From: Octopus vulgaris
Lineage: Eukaryota
Direction: 5' to 3'
DNA: 64,000 nt
Assembly: GCA_951406725.2 (NCBI GenBank)
Contig: OX597814.1
Span: forward strand, 29,512,001 to 29,576,000
A program made the position numbers and the translations under genes. Below the pieces are notes generated by a model. It was not told the origin of the DNA and ran no database searches. It saw nothing but the letters and a program-made list of their open reading frames with translations. Of this stretch, positions 51,314 to 64,000 are shown in pieces. Position 1 is the stretch's first letter. The number at the start of each line of letters is the position of its first letter.

Positions 51314-54300
51314 GAAAAAAAAAAAGCAAGGAAATCCAACACAATCAACAACATTAATAAAAGACTTTAAAAAAAAGAAAAAAAGAGAAAAAAAAACGAG
51401 TAAGAGAAAGAGAAAGAAAGCATTTGAACAGTAACATTCCTCTTAGTACATTGATTTACATTCACGTTCACCATCATCGCTCATATACATCATCAAGCAG
51501 GCTAAAAAAGAATATCTGTGCCATATCAAAGCCATTTAATGATTAACTATTACTCATTTTCTATTGGAGCCTTCAGCTCATCTAACTCAAAGACCCATGA
51601 AAGGAATTGACAAGATAGAGTGCGATAGCAATCAATTTCTATTGCACACTGTCTGTCGATTATTGCACTTCTGACTACAGCAACCTTAAAAACTGACTGT
51701 GTACCACTTATTTGCTGTTCTTCTTCTTCTTCTTCTTCTTCTTAACCACCAATAACTCAGTTTCAGCAGTAAGATGCTTTAGCAGCAACTTTCAATATCC
51801 AACATTAAGCATGTTTGCTTTTAAATGCATGTGGCTGGTTATGTTTCAGTATATAATGGCAGTGAGAGAGAGGGTGGTGTGGAAAATGTTGTTATAGCTT
51901 CTCTGGACCTGATCCAGTTTTGGATTATTGATATTTCTGAATCTTTGGATTGGATGCTTTAAGCCTCGTACAATATTAGAATATAAAAACATATTAACCA
52001 ATCATATTGCAAATTTAATAATACAGTAATAAAAAAAAAAAAAAGCATTAGTTGGGTGGCAACATGCATACGTTCATGGGGGAACATGTATGTGTGAGAG
52101 TGCATGTGATGTGTTAGTGTGTGTGATTGTGTGTGTGCGTGTGTAATGTTTTCATGAAAAACATGAGTGTGTTATGCCAGTAAAACTAAGTGGTTGAGTG
52201 GTATATATGTTTGTGATGATATGAATCTGAAAGCTCTAGTTGTCCCATCCTATAACACACATGCACGTACATTAATGGGAGAAAATGTAAATATATTGGA
52301 AAATATATCTAATTAATAAAAATCAAATGATATATAAATCTTTACTGCCTTTACAGCAGAAAATCAACTTTAGATTGTCTCCACCATTGCAAATGTAAAA
52401 AAAGATAAAAAAAGAAACACTTGCTCTTCTTGAATGATAAGCACAGGGACACTTAATTGAATTAACAGAGGGTGGTGTAGTATCCGAAGGCATTGAAACT
52501 CTAGTTTGGATGTTTTACAGTATCTTGTTTTGTATTCATTTTCTTTCTTTTTTTTTTTTTTTCATTTAAATCTGTTTGTTGTGTATTCCATTTGTCTCTC
52601 CAGGATTTGTAAAATAAGTACCAGTGATATATTGAAGTATTGATTTTTATAACAATAATCCTTTTCTTCATTGTCTTTGCAACCTTGTATGATAGTAGAG
52701 TGGATGTTCCTTATATAAAAATAAATATATTTTTAGTTCAGCTATCAGTTTCATTGAATTATGTTTTATAAGAGTATGTAGAAACTATAAGAATTTAGAA
52801 AAGTATTTTATTGAAATACTATTCATTGGATTATAATCAGTGGTTTAGTTTTGGTTGCTGCTGCTTGGCCTGGGTCATCCATGAAACCCATGGTAAAAGG
52901 CTCTCCTGCCCCTTCATATCTCTCACTTTTTTTACTATTGAAGCCACATGACTCTTGATGCTGTTCTTTATGTAGCAGTAAGTTTTAAAAGAGAAGCTAC
53001 AATTAGCTGAAATGTTTAACACTTTCATTAAAAAGATATGTTTAAATTATGATTTAGGTAAAAAAATAATTAAGACATTGAATGCATGCTATTATAGAAC
53101 AGTATGCATTCATTGGACACAAATACTAGTAAGAGAGGCTACTGTGTAATCTGACAAGAGAGATACAAAGCTTCAGTTTTCTGTTGAATGGAAGGCCGAT
53201 GGGATTTGCTCAAACTCGAGACAACAGAGCTATATCTAGTTTGGTATCTCATTGTTCTGGATTTAAATGCCATTTGGTGGCTGTGGAAGTAAAGTAACTT
53301 CCTTTTTTTGTCTGACTCTAGGATTGATTAAATGTATCCCTTCATGAATAATATTCTGCAATTGATTCAGTTTGTTCATTGATCTGAGTTTAACTCTCAC
53401 GGGTCAGCTTTGCTTCATTCTCAGTTACAGAACCAGTGGACACTGTAAAATACACTCAGTCCATGCTGAAAAATGGATGGTGTCAGAAAAGGCATTTAAT
53501 TATTGAAACCTCACCAAAATGGAAGGAAGAAGCAGAAACAACATAGGATAGGGAAGACGTTTTAGTTACGCTGGTGACAATCTCTTTAGTGCTAGCAGCA
53601 TGGTAATATACACCAAGTCCATACTGTAAAATGGTTGGCATCAAGAAAGGCGTCCAGTTGTTGAAACCTACCAGAAAGTAGGGAATGAGCAGAAGCAACA
53701 ATGGGTAGACAGGCATCTTTAGTTCTGTTAGTGACAATCTCTCTGGTGTCAGCGACATGACAAAATGCACCCAATTCATAATGTAAAGCAGTTAGTGATA
53801 GGTAGGATATCCAATTTTAAAATATGTGCCAAAATAAGATGACATTTGCAGCAACTGGGTTTTCTCTGTTGTGTATGTTATATAACAAAATCTGCAACAA
53901 AGTGACAAGACGATGCGAGACTTATCAACCCCTGCCCAAATGGAAAAACAGATGTACAATGATGATAAGTACCAGAATTTACTGCAGTCAAATCAGTTAC
54001 CTATAACCATTTCCTACATATATGGTTATATGAAATCAATAGTTCTAATAAATGGCTGTATTAGGTATTTGTTATTTTCATTCGTTATATCTCATACAAA
54101 TATTGTAAATAGATGTATACCTCAATTGATGATTAGTTCTTATTGAGTTTGAAATAGAAAGAGCTTTGGGGACAAATCAAATTGCTACAACTGGAGGATT
54201 AAAATACATCAGACTGAAATCTTGAATTGCTAGAAGTCTGTCTTCTTTTATATTAAATGTACTTAACTTCTATTGGGAGTCAGTTACTTTCCTTCTGCCT

Positions 54301-54367
54301 TTTAGCTTCTGATAAGTGCATCTTGTTTTTCATAATCTATTTCTTATTGTTGCACTAATACTGGTGT

Positions 54368-54783
54368 CATCATCATCATTGTTCGACCGTGGTCGAGACA
54401 ATGGAATTTACTATGTTACGCCAGACTTCACGGTCCATCATAGCATTACAGAGGTCCTGTTGCTGGATGCCTGTATCCCTGGAGATTACATCAGGGTAGG
54501 AGAGTGTGCGCCCTCTGGTATTGCGAGTAGATGGCTTCCAGAGGAGAAGAGTAGGAATTACTTCTTTTTCAGCTCTACAACAATGTCCAGCAAACTGGAC
54601 TCTCTTACCTTTCACAAGAGATGACACAGGTGGTAATTTCCCATATATTTGCATTTTGGTTGGATGGCGCTTCCATGAGAGATTTTGAGCTCTCATAAGG
54701 AGGCGAGTGTAGGTTCCATCCAACTGCCTCTCAAGCTTCTTTGATAACGTCCAGGTTTCTGAGCCATATAGTAGAATTGGTAG
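54368..54783 (-). mobile_element. 5'-truncated RTE-X-like LINE with 11-bp TSD
   Basis: Uninterrupted PILLYGSETWTL...LDGTYTRLLMRA...QFAGHC...DREVWR. TSD aatactggtgt at 54357-54367 and 54784-54794. (TGA)n tail. Confidence 0.92.
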
Positions 54784-54797
54784 AATACTGGTGTGAA

Positions 54798-55126
54798 GAC
54801 CCCCTTTGGTCATGACTGACCATGGGATTGCACCTAGAAAATTCTCCTCCTAGACACAAGTCCACGCAAGGTTGTTTATGGAAGACTAACAGTTACCCAT
54901 GTATACCAGCCTCTCCTCTCCATGCCACCGATGTTATCTGAAGGAAAGGCAAAGGCTGATGCAGTTTCACACCTGTGACACTGCAACTCATTTCTACATC
55001 TGAGTGAACTGGATCAATGTGAAATAAAGTGTCTTGCTCAAGAACACAACACAGCCCAGTCTGGGAATCAAACCCACGACCTCATGATTGTGAGCCCAAT
55101 GCTCTAACCACTGAGCCATGTGCCTT
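54798..55126 (-). mobile_element. SINE family D
   Basis: Matches 7719-8028 and 63502-63834. Confidence 0.85.
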
Positions 55127-55394
55127 CACTGGTGTAGTTGACTGATAATGCAGAAGGCTGTAAAAAGTCTGTTTCAACAGGCAAAATGACAGACAAGTTG
55201 AGCTATTGTATGAAGAGTAAATCAAGACTGGATGGAATATCCTACAAAATTTATTATTACCTTCTTGGCAGCAGACTGGGAGCATTACCTGTATTATGAG
55301 CTGAGAAGTGGTGACACTGCTAAGGAAAGACCTGAACAAAGGGAACATGATAGACAACTTCAGTTACATAGTTCTGTTCAGCAAGCTCCTTTAA

Positions 55395-55614
55395 CCCTTT
55401 AGTGCTTAAACCGGCCATATCTGGCCCAGATATTCTACATGTTTTATATTCAAACTGGCCATATCCAGCCTCTTACACCTAACCTACACTGACATTCTAA
55501 AAATAGACAATCACATCATTGAAACCTCAAAGATATAACATAATGCATGATTAATTCAAAACAATTTGAGTGAAAAAGTATTACATTTAACAGAGTAATC
55601 TGAACACTAAAGGG
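55395..55614. mobile_element. piggyBac-like MITE P1
   Basis: ttaa|CCCTTTAGTG...CACTAAAGGG|ttaa. Confidence 0.88.
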
Positions 55615-56377
55615 TTAAAACACTTGACAAAAGATTGTTGTTTGTTATCAGTAATATAGTCAGATGCAACCTTGTGTGATCCCCAACTGCTCTATCCATG
55701 CCAACTTCCTCATGCAGTACAGCATAGAGTGGGTTGGAAAAAGATCTGGCTTCAATGGAGCACTGATAAACTGTGATTAAAACTAAAGCTTTTGATACAG
55801 TTAAGCATCACTACATGGTGGTTGTCTTAGGTGCTGCCAATATCAGTCTCATCTTCAGAGATTGGATCTTTATAATGTACAGCAATGTGGTCCAACTAAA
55901 CAGCTGCCTTGTGGAGCCATTTTGCATTCCATGCTCAGTTTGTGCCCACTTCTCTTTCCTGTATGTGTTGATGCTTGAGGTTTGCTGTTTTTAAGGGCTA
56001 ACCTGCACTCCATGTTCTTTGACACAGTAATCATATTTGTATGTATGGATATCACTACCATCATGGTAACTGACACTTTGAAAATTGAAGTAATAGACAC
56101 CACATTAAAGGCATGTTAAGAGGTTACAGAAGTATGCATCAAACAGAATAAGTTGATGGGCTTGAACTGTGCACCTGGGAAAGTAAGTTCTACTGGGAAG
56201 GTCATGCTCATACAACCCTGTACAAAGGTACACATACTGACCAATACGTAATCGTCAGTGTACACGTATTCTCATACATATAGGCTTGTACGCATGTTCT
56301 TTGTTATCACTCTCCCTTTCTTGCTCATTCTCTCACTCTCCACATACACTCACACACTCTCTCTCTACACAGACTTT

Positions 56378-56606
56378 CTTATTTCTTTATTGCCTACAAG
56401 GGGCTAAACATAGAGGGGACAAACAAGGACAGACAAAGGGATTAAGTCAATTGCATCGACCCCCAGTGCGTAACTGGTACCTAATTTATCGACCCCGAAA
56501 GGATGAAAGGCAAAGTTGACCTCGGCAGAATTTGAACTCAGAACGTAGCGGCAGACGAAACACCGCTAAGCATTTTGTCCAATGTGCTAATGATTCTGCC
56601 AGCTCG
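56378..56606 (-). mobile_element. SINE family B
   Basis: Family match. Confidence 0.85.
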
Positions 56607-57460
56607 GCTCTACACACACTTTCTCTCTCCCTCTCTCTCTATCTCTCCACACACACACACAATCTCTCTCTCCACACATGCACACACACACACACTCTCT
56701 CTCTCTCTCTCTCATTTTTCAAATCCATTGGCATGATTGAGCAAATGAACGAACGAAACTGCACTTCAAGTTATGAAATGTCTCTTTTTGTCTCTTAAAT
56801 TGACATATATACACACACACGTGTATAATGTAGCTGCTGTTTATAGGTATAATTATACAGACATAGGTGATGGTTATTAACTGTATTATCTGAATAATGG
56901 TCTAAAAATTGAATAATCAGAAAAGACTGAAATATTCTGTGTTGACAGTTGCATGTGAAAGATTATTTTTTTTGTTTATTGTTTCCACATGCAATTGAAA
57001 TTGTCTAAAAAAAGAATCCTCTTATTGCTGATTGATTGATAGCCATTTGTTTTAAATACATCGTTTATAAACTTAAAAAATCTATTTGCAAAATTGTATT
57101 TAAGAACCATCATCATCATCATCATCATCATTATTGTCATTAGCCATTGGCACTTCCATCATCAGCAATCCTCCATCCAACATCACTGCCACCGGCTAAT
57201 CTTATTTGTCACATGAACCAGGGAGGTAGCCTCTATGTGGCCTCTGAGTCTACTAGAAATAATAGCTAAGTCTCTCTAAGATCATATTTTCTATAAGTTA
57301 AAAAAAAATTGAAGACATATTGGTAAGTGCAAGTGTGACTGTATGGTTAAGAAGTTTGCTTCCCAACCACATGGTTTCAGATTCACTTCCACTCCAGACT
57401 GACAAAAGCCTTGTGAGTGGATTTGGTAGGCAGAAACTGAAAGAAGTTCAGTTTCTTTAA

Positions 57461-57877
57461 GGCGGCGAGCTGGCAGAAACGTTAGCACGCCGGGCAAAAT
57501 GCGTAGCCGTATTTCATCTGCCATTACGTTCTGAGTTCAAATTCCGCTGAGGTCGACTTTGCCTTTCATCCTCTTGGGGTCAATAAATTAAGCACCAGTT
57601 ACATACTGGGGTCGATCTAATCAACTTAATCTGTTTGTCTGTCCTTGTTTGTCCTCTCTGTGTTTAGCCCCTTGTGGGTAGTAAAGAAATAGGTATTTCA
57701 TCTGCCGCTACGTTCTGAGTTCAAATTCCGCCAAGGTCGACTTCGCCTTTCATCCTTCCAGGGTCAATTAAATAAGTACCAGTTACGCACTGGAGTCGAT
57801 ATAATCGACTTAATCTGTTTGTCTGTCCTTGTTTGTCCCCTTGTGTGTAGCTCCTTGTGGGCAGTAAAGAAATAAGA
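57461..57877 (+). mobile_element. SINE family B partial tandem dimer inserted in an older SINE
   Basis: A full unit plus a 5'-shortened second unit. One TSD, actgaaagaagttca (57436-57450, 57879-57893), surrounds both. Confidence 0.85.
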
Positions 57878-58609
57878 GACTGAAAGAAGTTCATGGTATA
57901 ATCATCAGCATCATCATCTGATGTCCATATTCTATGTCGGCACAGTGTGTGTGTGCGAGAAAGAGAGAGAGTGTGCTTGTAGCATTTAGTCTTGACTTTG
58001 CATGATTGTTGTAAATGAATATCGTTCATTTTCAACATTCTGCGGAAACATGTCTAGCTATGGGAAAATATTACCTTGCTTCAGAACAGGTTAGAGTTGG
58101 CAAGAGGAAGGGCATCTGGTTGTAAAAAAAAAAAATCTACCTCAATAACCTTCATCCAACCCATGCAAGCATGGAAAAGTGGACATCAAAATGATGATGA
58201 TGATGGTAGTGGTGGTGGTGGTGGTGGTGATGTTGGTTAGTGTATTCTTTGATACACTATGCCTGAAAATATGATGGGATAATTAGGACTAGAATGCTTT
58301 TGATCATAGATTTGTTGAATTAGAGTTTATCTGGAAGTAAACGATGGCTATTTATTTGTTCATTTCCAACATGGAAAAATAAACTTCAAAATGATGTTGA
58401 CAATGCTGTTGTTGTTGATTCTCCAATCCTTCTCCTTCGTAACAACATTCTTTGCTACTTGTTTTCCTTGCAGTCACAGACAGATTACAATTCAAAGTAA
58501 ACATTAGCTACATTAATTAGACCAAACTCTTGTATCTGCTAGATCTGCTCTGACCATACTCTGTCTTTTGTATGTTAATATCTATTTCTTCTTTATACCA
58601 CACTACACT

Positions 58610-58640
<31 letters not shown>

Positions 58641-59493
58641 TTTAAAATGTGCTTTTCAATGCTGGTACAAGTTGTATGAGAGTCTGCAGTACAGTCTATC
58701 ACTACTCCTCTTGGTTTTGTTGTGTCGTTCAATGAGTATCTTGAGATATAGCATCTTGAGATGTAGCATCACACATCTATATCAATGCCACTTCTATTCT
58801 TCAACATATTGGCTAATACCTTTAATGCTAAGTTGTTGTCTCAATACATTTGTGTTCTACCTTTCATGCAAATTGACATTATGTATCCAGTGTGTCATAT
58901 TCAATTCCTTGCTCTCCAAACTGAAGGTCTTTTGCATTTAGCATCACTATTTTGCTATCATGCAGTATTGCACTCATTACACATGCTTCAAACAGTTTGC
59001 CTTTTCACATGGAGAGAGAAACATTTTGCTGTTTAGTCTCATGTGAACCCCGATTGAGCAAATCTTTGGTTAAAGACATACCAGCTGTGAATGATCCCAT
59101 GTTTTTGCATGAACAGAGACTGCATTGCCCAATGTGTCTGTTCATATTTAAACAGTTGTGTGTGGTTTGAAGAAGAATTGGCTGCTGTTTCTTCCAGATT
59201 GGGTAACCATGTAGAAGCTCCCCCATTGGCCTATAAAACCCCTTTGTTGCAAATAGAGGTCTCGATGGAACTGAAATAACTGGGGAACTGAACCTTTAAG
59301 AATGTCATCTCTTTACCTGGAACACATCAGAGTACTGGGAGCATGATGTGGATCGTCATTCAGTCTTTCAACCATAACTCTGGCATATTTTCACTTGAAT
59401 CAGTTTCTGCTCTCAAATGTATAACCATCACAAAATTATGTAATTTGGTGATGATTTGATGTAATTGAATAAAAGAATATATACATATATATA

Positions 59494-60101
59494 TCATCAT
59501 CATCATCGTTTAACATCTGTTTTCCATGCTAGCATGGGTTGGATGGTTCGACCGGGGTCTGGGAAGCCAGGAGGCTGCACCAGGCTCCAGTCTGATCTGG
59601 CAGTATTTCTACAGCTGGATACCCTTCATAACGCCAACCACTCCGTGAGTGTAGTGGATGCTTTTTACGTGCCACTGGCACAGGAGGCTGGCAACAGCCA
59701 TGATTGGTTGGTGCTTTTTACATGCTACCGGCATGGACGCCAGTCAAGGTGGCGCTGGCATCGGTCACATTCAGATGGTGCTTTTTACGCGCCACCAGCA
59801 TGGGTATCACAACTACAATTTCCATTTGATTTTTATTTTGATGTTGATGTACTTGACTCAGTAGGTCTCCTTGAGCACAGCAGGTCACCCTACGATCCAA
59901 GGTAAGTACAGCCAGCCATCCTGCGAGCCATGAACTCACTTCATTTGTTGGGCCTTTGCAGTCACAGCATATCTCCAGAGGTCTTGGTCTTTCGTTATTG
60001 CCTCTGTGAGGCCCAACGTTCGAAGGTCATGCTTGACCATCTCATCCCATGTCTTCCTGGGTCTACCTCTACCCTGGATTCCTTCAACTGTTCGGGAGTG
60101 G

Positions 60102-60105
<4 letters not shown>
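59494..60105 (-). mobile_element. RTE LINE 3' end: ORF2 C-terminus plus minisatellite-bearing 3' UTR
   Basis: VEGIQGRGRPRKTWDEMVKHDLRTLGLTEAITKDQDLWRYAV...* is continuous with the (CAT)n-tailed repeat. Confidence 0.88.
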
Positions 60106-60142
<37 letters not shown>

Positions 60143-60144
<2 letters not shown>

Positions 60145-60543
60145 CGCAGGAGTGGCTGTGTGGTAAGTAGCTTGCTAACCAACCACATGGTTCCGGGTTC
60201 AGTCCCACTGCATGGCATCTTGGGCAAGTGTCTTCTGCTATAGCCCCGGGCCGACCAATGCCTTGTGAGTGGATTTGGTAGACGGAAACTGAAAGAAGCC
60301 TGTTGTATATATGTATATATGTGTGTGTGTGTGTGTTTCTGTTTGTCCCCCTAGCATAGCTTGACAACCGATGCTGGTGTGTTTACGTCCCCGTCACTTA
60401 GCGGTTCGGCAAAAAGAGACCGATAGAATAAGTACTGGGATTACAAAAAGAATAAGGCCCGGGGTCGAGTTGCTCGATTAAAGGCGGTGCTCCAGCATGG
60501 CCGCAGTCAAATGACTGAAACAAGTAAAAGAGTAAAAAGAGTA
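60143..60543 (+). mobile_element. SINE family A
   Basis: Family match. Confidence 0.9.
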
Positions 60544-60770
60544 TATATGTATGTATTGTTATTCCAATCATTGAGCTGCAGCTTGATGCTAGGGCATTAC
60601 CTTGAAGGGTATTTTAGACAATCAAATCAATCCTAATAGCGGCACTTTTTCTATTAGTCCCTATGTTGTTGAACCACTATATAATTCCAATTATTAAGAT
60701 AAATAAATTCAATTAAGGTGTTGATACTTAATGTCTCTAATGTAATTTTTTTTGTTTTATTTTTTTTCAG

Positions 60771-60871
60771 GAGATTTAATTGGTTATATTTTAGCATGGT
60801 TTAGTATGGTGCCCATGTTCATCTCTGTGGGATTCATCACTCTTATAATTATTCGGAGAGACCTCCATACT
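60771..60871 (+). CDS. DOLPP1: dolichyldiphosphatase 1 (PAP2 family), internal coding exon
   Basis: Branch ctctaat, poly-T tract, tttcag| acceptor, |gtaagt donor. Encodes GDLIGYILAWFSMVPMFISVGFITLIIIRRDLHT, colinear with human DOLPP1 [34 protein letters not shown] (recalled from memory). Confidence 0.9.
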
Positions 60872-60985
60872 GTAAGTACTACTTTCAGCATTTTGGTATG
60901 TATTCAGCAAGCATGCACTGACATATTTCTGCATGCATGTGTGTGCGTGTGTGCGTGTGTTTGCGCGCACGTGTTTATATGTGGT

Positions 60986-61367
60986 GGAGGCGCAATGGCC
61001 CAGTGGTTAGGGCAGCGGACTCGCGGTCGTGGGATCGCGGTTTTGATTCCCAGACCGGGCGTTGTGAGTGTTTATTGAGCGAAAACACCTGAAGCTCCAC
61101 GAGGCTCCGGCAAGGGATGGTGGTGATCCCTGCTGTACTCTTTCACCACAACTTTCTCTCACTCTTACTTCCTGTTTCTGTCGTACCTGTATTTCAAAGG
61201 GCCGGCCTTGTCACTCTCTGTGTCACGCTGAATATCCCCGAGAACTACGTTAAGGGTGCACGTGTCTGCGGAGTGCTCAGCCACTTACATGTTAATTTCA
61301 CGAGCAGGCTGTTCCGTTGATCGGATCAACCGGAACCCTCGTCGTCATAACCGACGGAGTGCTTCCA
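60986..61367 (+). mobile_element. SINE family C
   Basis: Near-identical to 16505-16870. Confidence 0.9.
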
Positions 61368-61482
61368 CCATTTATATGTGGCTTTATTTGAGGGTGGATT
61401 GTCTAAGGAAAAGTGGCAGTCATAGTAGCTCATGCAATCCTTCCCAGACCTATGAGGGTGATGTCATTCATATTCAACTTAA

Positions 61483-61703
61483 CCCTTTGGCATTTAAACC
61501 GGCCATATCCGGCCAAAAGTATTCCGCCTGTTTTATATTCAAACTGGCCAGATCTGACCTCTCACACCGACCCTACAATATCATTTTAAAAATTAACAGC
61601 TACCTCATCAAAGTCTCATAGCTACAAGATAATGCCTGATTAGTTCAAAACAATGTGGATAAAAAAGCATTAATTTTGGCAGATTAATGCGAACACTAAA
61701 GGG
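61483..61703. mobile_element. piggyBac-like MITE P1
   Basis: ttaa|CCCTTT...AAAGGG|ttaa. Homologous to 55395-55614. Confidence 0.88.
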
Positions 61704-63501
61704 TTAAACTTCTGCTTTGACAATAAAGGAGGCAGTTTAGTATGAAGAAGGGTTGTCAGAGTTGTTTAGTACCATTCTAGTTGTATACTATTACTAGAAT
61801 ACAATTGAGAAGATAAGGGTAGGAATGAGTGTAACAAATAGGTCTGGAAAATTATATGAGGCTTGTTAGTTTAGTGAAGCAGAAACCATTGTGGGTGATA
61901 AGTTGTATCATGTTGAGTGAGATTTGTCAATAAGGGTAGATTCATGAGAGCCAGTTAAAAAATGAAACGAGAACGAATTAGAACGTTCTATGAAGGTGTT
62001 GTTTTTACTCTGACAATATCCACTTTCTTTATAAATTTTAATCTTTTCAGTATGTAAAATTTGCTGGATTATAGTAAACTTAAATAAGCAGATATTTTTC
62101 ATGTTTTATTTTAACAGCTGGATGGACATTTAAATTTCTTCTTTTAACTGCCTTTGTATCATGTTTTTTGGGGTTTTTTTTTTGCTTTTTAAACTGCTTT
62201 TGTATCATGTTACAATTTATTACCTATATTATTTTTTATTGGGTCTTGTGAGAAAATCATGCAATATTTGAAGACATTTTTTTATATTTTGTCTTTTGCT
62301 TTCATTTCTTTATTTATTGAAATTGCTATTTAGCCAATGTCACTGCCAAAAATATTCTCAAGGGAAAGCTAAAGGTTTGAGAGGGGGATTAGGGTAGAAG
62401 CAGTGAAGGATGAAACTGGTTATAGAAATTTCATTTACTTATTTATATTCATTTTTCTATACTTGCATGGGTGGAGTTGTTTGTTTTTAGATACATTGCC
62501 TGTCTACTACTAACTACTCAACTGGAAGTAGGGGCAAAACCTGTTTTGTATCAAGTTCCACTCCTTGCTATTTTTGAGCAAACAATTATGTGTCCCTCTC
62601 TCTCTCTCTCTCTCAAGAAAGGAGTTTGCTCATAACATCAGAACCCACTTTTGTTTGTAGCACACAAACTTATCTTATTTTTATGAATTTAACCGCAGAA
62701 CTTGTGTATTTGCTTGTAACCTTTACAGCATGCGTTCATCATCAAAGAGCACTCGGCTTCAGTCCAACTATCTTTGTGAAGGATGCAGACAAGGAAAGAG
62801 CCATGTGTTCAAGGAAATGAAATACCAATTGTACAACAGTTGAAAGAATTATTAAATATTTAATGATTTGCATATATACTAATTAATTAGCTGTCTTATT
62901 TTTTTATGGGTTAGCCAGAGAAGAAAGAGCAGGGCCTCTGAGACTGGTGAGGAAGAGCAAGAGTAGGTGAACCACAATTTATGTGTTGCTGTATTAAAAA
63001 GCAGTATTTCAAGATATCAGGTTTTCCTCAGAGTAGAGGCCTGCTCCAAATGTTTGTTACATAGTGGACTGAGCAAGTTGGTGGTATTAAAACGGGCAAG
63101 CTTACAAGGAAAAGAAAATTCATTGTATGAGATTGAGATTATATATATGGTCATCATTATCATTCAACAGCCATGCTTCATGCTGGCATGGGTTGGACAG
63201 TTTGATACGACCCAATGGGTCCAAGGACTGCATCATGTTCCCGTGTCTGCTTTGGTACGGTTTCTATGCCAACCACTTTACAGCATACTGGATGCTATTT
63301 GCATGCCACCAGCACTAGTGAGGCCACCACACAGCTCATAAGGCTACGGAAACTGAGGGTAGGTGCATTATGGTAGGAGATAAGGGTTAAGGTATGTGAG
63401 GAGTGCAGCAGAGCAGATTCTTGTTGTAATGAAGCGCTACATAGCTACTCACATTTAAATGGGAGAGTGACAATGAATCAGGATATACATATATGCTGCT
63501 G

Positions 63502-63834
63502 AGACCCCCTTCGGTCATGACTGACCATGGGATTACACCTAGAAAGTTACTCTCCCAGGCATAAGTCCGGGCAAGGTTGTTTATGGAAGACCAACAGTCA
63601 CCCATGCATACCGGCCTCTCCTTTCCACACCACCAGTGTTATCCAAGGGAAAGGCAACGGCTGATACAGCTTGGCACCTGTGATGTCGTAACTCATTTCT
63701 ACAGCTGAGTGAACTGGAGCAACATGAAATAAAGTGTCTTGCTCAAGAACACAACACCCAGCCTGGTCTGGGATTCAAACTCACAACCTCATGATCGTAA
63801 GCTCGATGCTCTAACCACTGAGCCATGTGCCTTC
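63502..63834 (-). mobile_element. SINE family D
   Basis: Family match. Confidence 0.85.
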
Positions 63835-63847
63835 ACACACACACATG

Positions 63848-63878
<31 letters not shown>

Positions 63879-64000
63879 TCACACATACACAAGATGTGTG
63901 TGTTGTTAGTTTGTGGGTCAGCTGCATACCGAACAAGGCCTGCTACAAGCTGTATCACCAAATATTTTATTTCACATCTAGCATCTCACTTTCGCGATCC

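Noticed and set aside
52604-52617. ctctccag|GATTTGTAAAATAA as a GFVK* terminal exon
   Set aside because: The surrounding aaaataagtaccagt matches the SINE family B core, so it is probably a decayed SINE fragment.
55225-55260. DWMEYPTK as DOLPP1 exon 1 end
   Set aside because: No LTH motif and no donor site after EYP.

Overview
AT-rich, repeat-saturated eukaryotic DNA. The SINE/LINE/MITE repertoire and abundant (TA)n/(CA)n/(ATT)n microsatellites point to a coleoid cephalopod, most likely Octopus (inference from pattern recognition, not a database match). Almost all ORFs in the supplied track are microsatellite or repeat noise. The only confidently recognisable host coding sequence is one 101-nt internal exon of DOLPP1 (dolichyldiphosphatase 1) at 60771-60871 (+). 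There is also a decayed tRNA-Asp(GTC). The rest is at least five tRNA-headed SINE families, LINE fragments (RTE/RTE-X, CR1, HERO-like, Dong/R4-like) and DNA-transposon remnants (mariner, hAT, piggyBac-like MITEs, a Helitron). The most interesting signals are: (1) a tRNA-headed SINE carrying a Penelope-type minimal hammerhead ribozyme (38446-38688); (2) repeat-free islands resembling phase-1 alternative terminal exons of an unidentified + strand gene; (3) close inverted repeat pairs that could form ADAR-substrate dsRNA; (4) several nested or chimeric mobile-element structures. Boundaries of old repeats are approximate.
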